Part shown: one piece after another, positions 61,565-64,000 of the stretch | How the letters are laid out: each line of letters opens with the position of its first letter | Numbering within the stretch: the stretch's first letter is position 1 | Assembly (NCBI GenBank): GCA_013265495.1 | Contig: MU061538.1 | Location: 620,001-684,000 of the forward strand | Length of the DNA: 64,000 nucleotides | From: Vicugna vicugna | Taxonomy: Eukaryota | Direction: 5' to 3' | The notes under the pieces: model-generated | The model's input: the letters and a program-made list of their open reading frames with translations, nothing else | What the model was told of the DNA's origin: nothing | Databases searched by the model: none | Program-made: the position numbers and the translations under genes

Positions 61565-61950
61565 CTCTCTGCCCGTCAGCCATTGCCGGGTAACAAACAT
61601 CCCCCACCTGGAGGCTTCACGCAGAAAGTGCTTTACTATTTCTCGCGACTCTGGTGCTGACTGGGCTCAACTACTGGTGTCACTGGGGTCTCTCGTGTGG
61701 CTGCTGTCAGGAGGGGCACCCGGGCTCAGCAGGGCTGGACCCCTGCGGTTCCTCTCTGTGTCTCTCTTTGCCCCCTTCTCTCTCTCCTTTGCACGTGCAC
61801 ACACACGCATTCCTAGTGTTCTCCTCAGAATTTACAACAGTCCGTGTGCATCAGGGCCCCACGGGCAGATCCCCGAGGCTGAAAGGCCCACACCACCCTC
61901 CCAGGCAGTAGACCCCTCCCTGGCCAAGGGATAAGCGTGGACGCCTCTGG
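61565..61950 (-). mobile_element. MLT1F-like LTR fragment, antisense
   Basis: cagccattgccgggtaacaaacatccccc...tttactatttctcgcgactctgg...gactgggctca matches the recalled MLT1F-type terminus. The 3' boundary is uncertain. Confidence 0.62.
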
Positions 61951-62579
61951 TGACCCTCAGACCAGGAGGCAGTCAGCTCCCTGAGCAATTTCTCTTTTTA
62001 TCTAAAAGGGGAGAGTGTCCTTTTGGTGTGGGAATGAAAAGTTGCCTTTCATCAATGCTTGGCTCAGAATTGTCGGCTAGAATTAAACCCTTGTTGAGCA
62101 GACATTCTTAGCCTGAGTCATTTCCAGCTAGGGCTGTGTGATAAGTGAACTGTTCCATTAGTTCTTTAAGTCCTCGTCATATTTGTGCACAGGTTTAATT
62201 AGCCCTTCCCAGGGTGTCGACGGCTCTCTGGGGAGACGGTGCGGATGGCGTCTGTGTGCATCAGAGCTGGGCCTTCTGACGACAGACCGGCCAGGACCCC
62301 CAGGAGGGCAGCAAGAGGCCCAGCTCTGCCCCCCAGCCCCTGCACCGAGCTGGCCGTGAGAGGACCCTCTCCAAGGCGTGGACAGCAAGTGCCCAGGACC
62401 CCAGGGAAGTCCCTCCCAGGGCACGTCCTCCGTGGCTGCACGTCTGCTCCAAAGACTACCGGGAGGGAGAGGTGCGGCCCGACTTCCTGGCAGGTGAAGG
62501 AGGTGGCGGAGGCAGGAACAGGTGTACACGGACAGCCAGTCAGCACCCGGTCCCCCCACGTGCTAACCCGCTGGGGCCC

Positions 62580-62710
62580 GTGACCACCCCCCGGGGCAGG
62601 GGTGGCTGTTACCCTCACTTCTCTGATGGGGACACTGAAGCACAGAGACGCACATGCCCAAGGACGGGCCAGGTGGTGGGGACCGGAGCTCCTGCCGCCT
62701 GGCTCAGGAC
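62580..62710 (-). mobile_element. MIR SINE core fragment
   Basis: gttaccctcacttctctgatggggacactgaagcacagaga...tgcccaagg matches the MIR core. Confidence 0.65.
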
Positions 62711-63434
62711 ACATGATCCTACGCCCAGATGGTCTGATTACAAGTGTCAGAGGACGGTGTGGGGGGATTAGAACGGCATGTAGGACCCCAGCCCAGAAGC
62801 GAGGGTTGGAGGAGGCTCACTGATAGCTGAAAGCTGGTGTTAGCCGCTGGGACGAGGCAGAAGGAGGGGCTGCAGGAGGTCGGAACAGCATGTGAGCAGG
62901 CAGCCGCAGACAGTGGTGCAGGACGCACACTGCACAATTCCCATCACGGGTTGTCAATGTGCCCCCTGAAACTGAGCAAACTGGCAGCACCGCGTGTGAC
63001 CAGGCCTTGAGCTGGTAGAGAGCAGGGTGCCACAGCCTCTGGGAGCGCCCGCGTGGCCGGAGAGGGGGATGGGGGGGCTTTAGGTGCCTCCTCTTTGGAG
63101 GAAGGCACTGGACTCTGCCTTGGTGGAGGCGAGGTAAGCTCGTACCGTGTAGATCATGACTACAAACCCCAGGGGGAAATGAAGTCTGCCGATGGCGGTG
63201 GGTAGTGAGTCACAGCAGCAGAGTCCTGGAGGGGTTGCCCCTGAACGAGAGAACACACAGAACGACTTCCCCCTTTGAGACTTTTATCCTAAGGGCGGCC
63301 AGTGGTTGGTGCCACTGGGCAGCTTAAGCTACAGGCGATGTCGCTCTGGCCCGAGGAGCCAGATCCCAGAATCCAGGGCCCCCACAGCCTTGGAAAAGTC
63401 AGGTGGAATCCCAAAGGCTGGGGCTTCAAACTCC

Positions 63435-63474
63435 GCCCCTGCCCCTCCTGCCCCTCCTGCCCCTCCTGCCCCTG
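63435..63474. repeat. (GCCCCTCCT)n 9-mer tandem repeat
   Basis: Three full units plus partial flanking units. Confidence 0.9.
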
Positions 63475-64000
63475 AAGGGTGCAAGCGCAAGGCTCGGGGC
63501 GCCCCGCCAGGACAAGAACCTGAACGGAGGTTGGAGCGGCCCCCAGAGGCAGGGTTTGTGGTGTGAGGTCAAGCCGGGGAGCGGCCCTGCTGGAACAGTC
63601 AGCCGGGCAGCCACCTGGCAGAGCTTTGTAACCTCCTCAGCCAAAACAAGACAGCAGAGGTGACACCGAATGGCTTCTCCCTGCTCCTCTGCCTCCCGCG
63701 CCCGCCCTCAGGCCCGGCCCATAGCGTGCACGGGAGTCCCGGCCACGGGAGCCCACGCCCGGGTGTCCTGCTAGCTGGACCCTCGGCCCGCGGCCATCAC
63801 TGCCTGCCGGACGCCGGGTTGGAGGGTGAGTCCCACCCCAGCCTCCCGTCTTCCAGCTGAAGCACCAGGCGCCAGGCGGCGAGGCAGGCGGCCCACAGGG
63901 CCCTGTGTGGACCGTTCAGCCACAGAAACCGAGGAGAGACAACAAAGTGCTGCTATTACTGGCTGAAGCCGCCAAACTCGGGGTGAGTCGATACGCAGCA

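Noticed and set aside
85-63860. Hundreds of 60-300 aa ORFs in the track (e.g. 2415-3326, 18888-19754, 19523-20317, 27918-28706, 44149-44886)
   Set aside because: They are Pro/Arg/Gly/Ala-rich, overlap in all frames and have no recognisable domains. This is expected from stop-codon scarcity in high-GC DNA. Only segments coinciding with PTPRN2 exons are meaningful.
55100-64000. A downstream or convergent gene such as DNAJB6
   Set aside because: No recognisable coding exons. The region contains only repeats and low-complexity GC-rich DNA.

Overview
Mammalian genomic DNA, very GC- and CpG-rich, with two assembly gaps (31680-31811, 36294-36370). Two tRNA-derived SINEs of the Vic-1 type point to a camelid (camel/alpaca/llama). 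The window holds the 3' end of PTPRN2 (IA-2beta/phogrin) on the + strand. Eight coding exons (by analogy human exons 16-23) splice in frame and encode most of the pseudo-phosphatase PTP domain, followed by a ~1.5 kb 3' UTR and ~9 kb of intergenic DNA. The rest is intron containing old repeats (L1M, MLT1 LTRs, MIR, probable hAT), many apparently shifted toward G/C. The hundreds of ORFs in the track are GC-content artefacts. I found no evidence of a novel multi-gene system. The best leads are: the miR-153-2 hairpin expected in the intron after the 167-nt exon is not visible and may lie in the 132-N gap; a GC-AG intron splits the catalytic P-loop; the WPD-equivalent loop has Gly->Ala; there is a perfect RFX X-box palindrome and a split REST site; and one exon has anomalously low GC3. 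Comparisons with human protein, miRNA and repeat consensus sequences are from memory and need checking by alignment.
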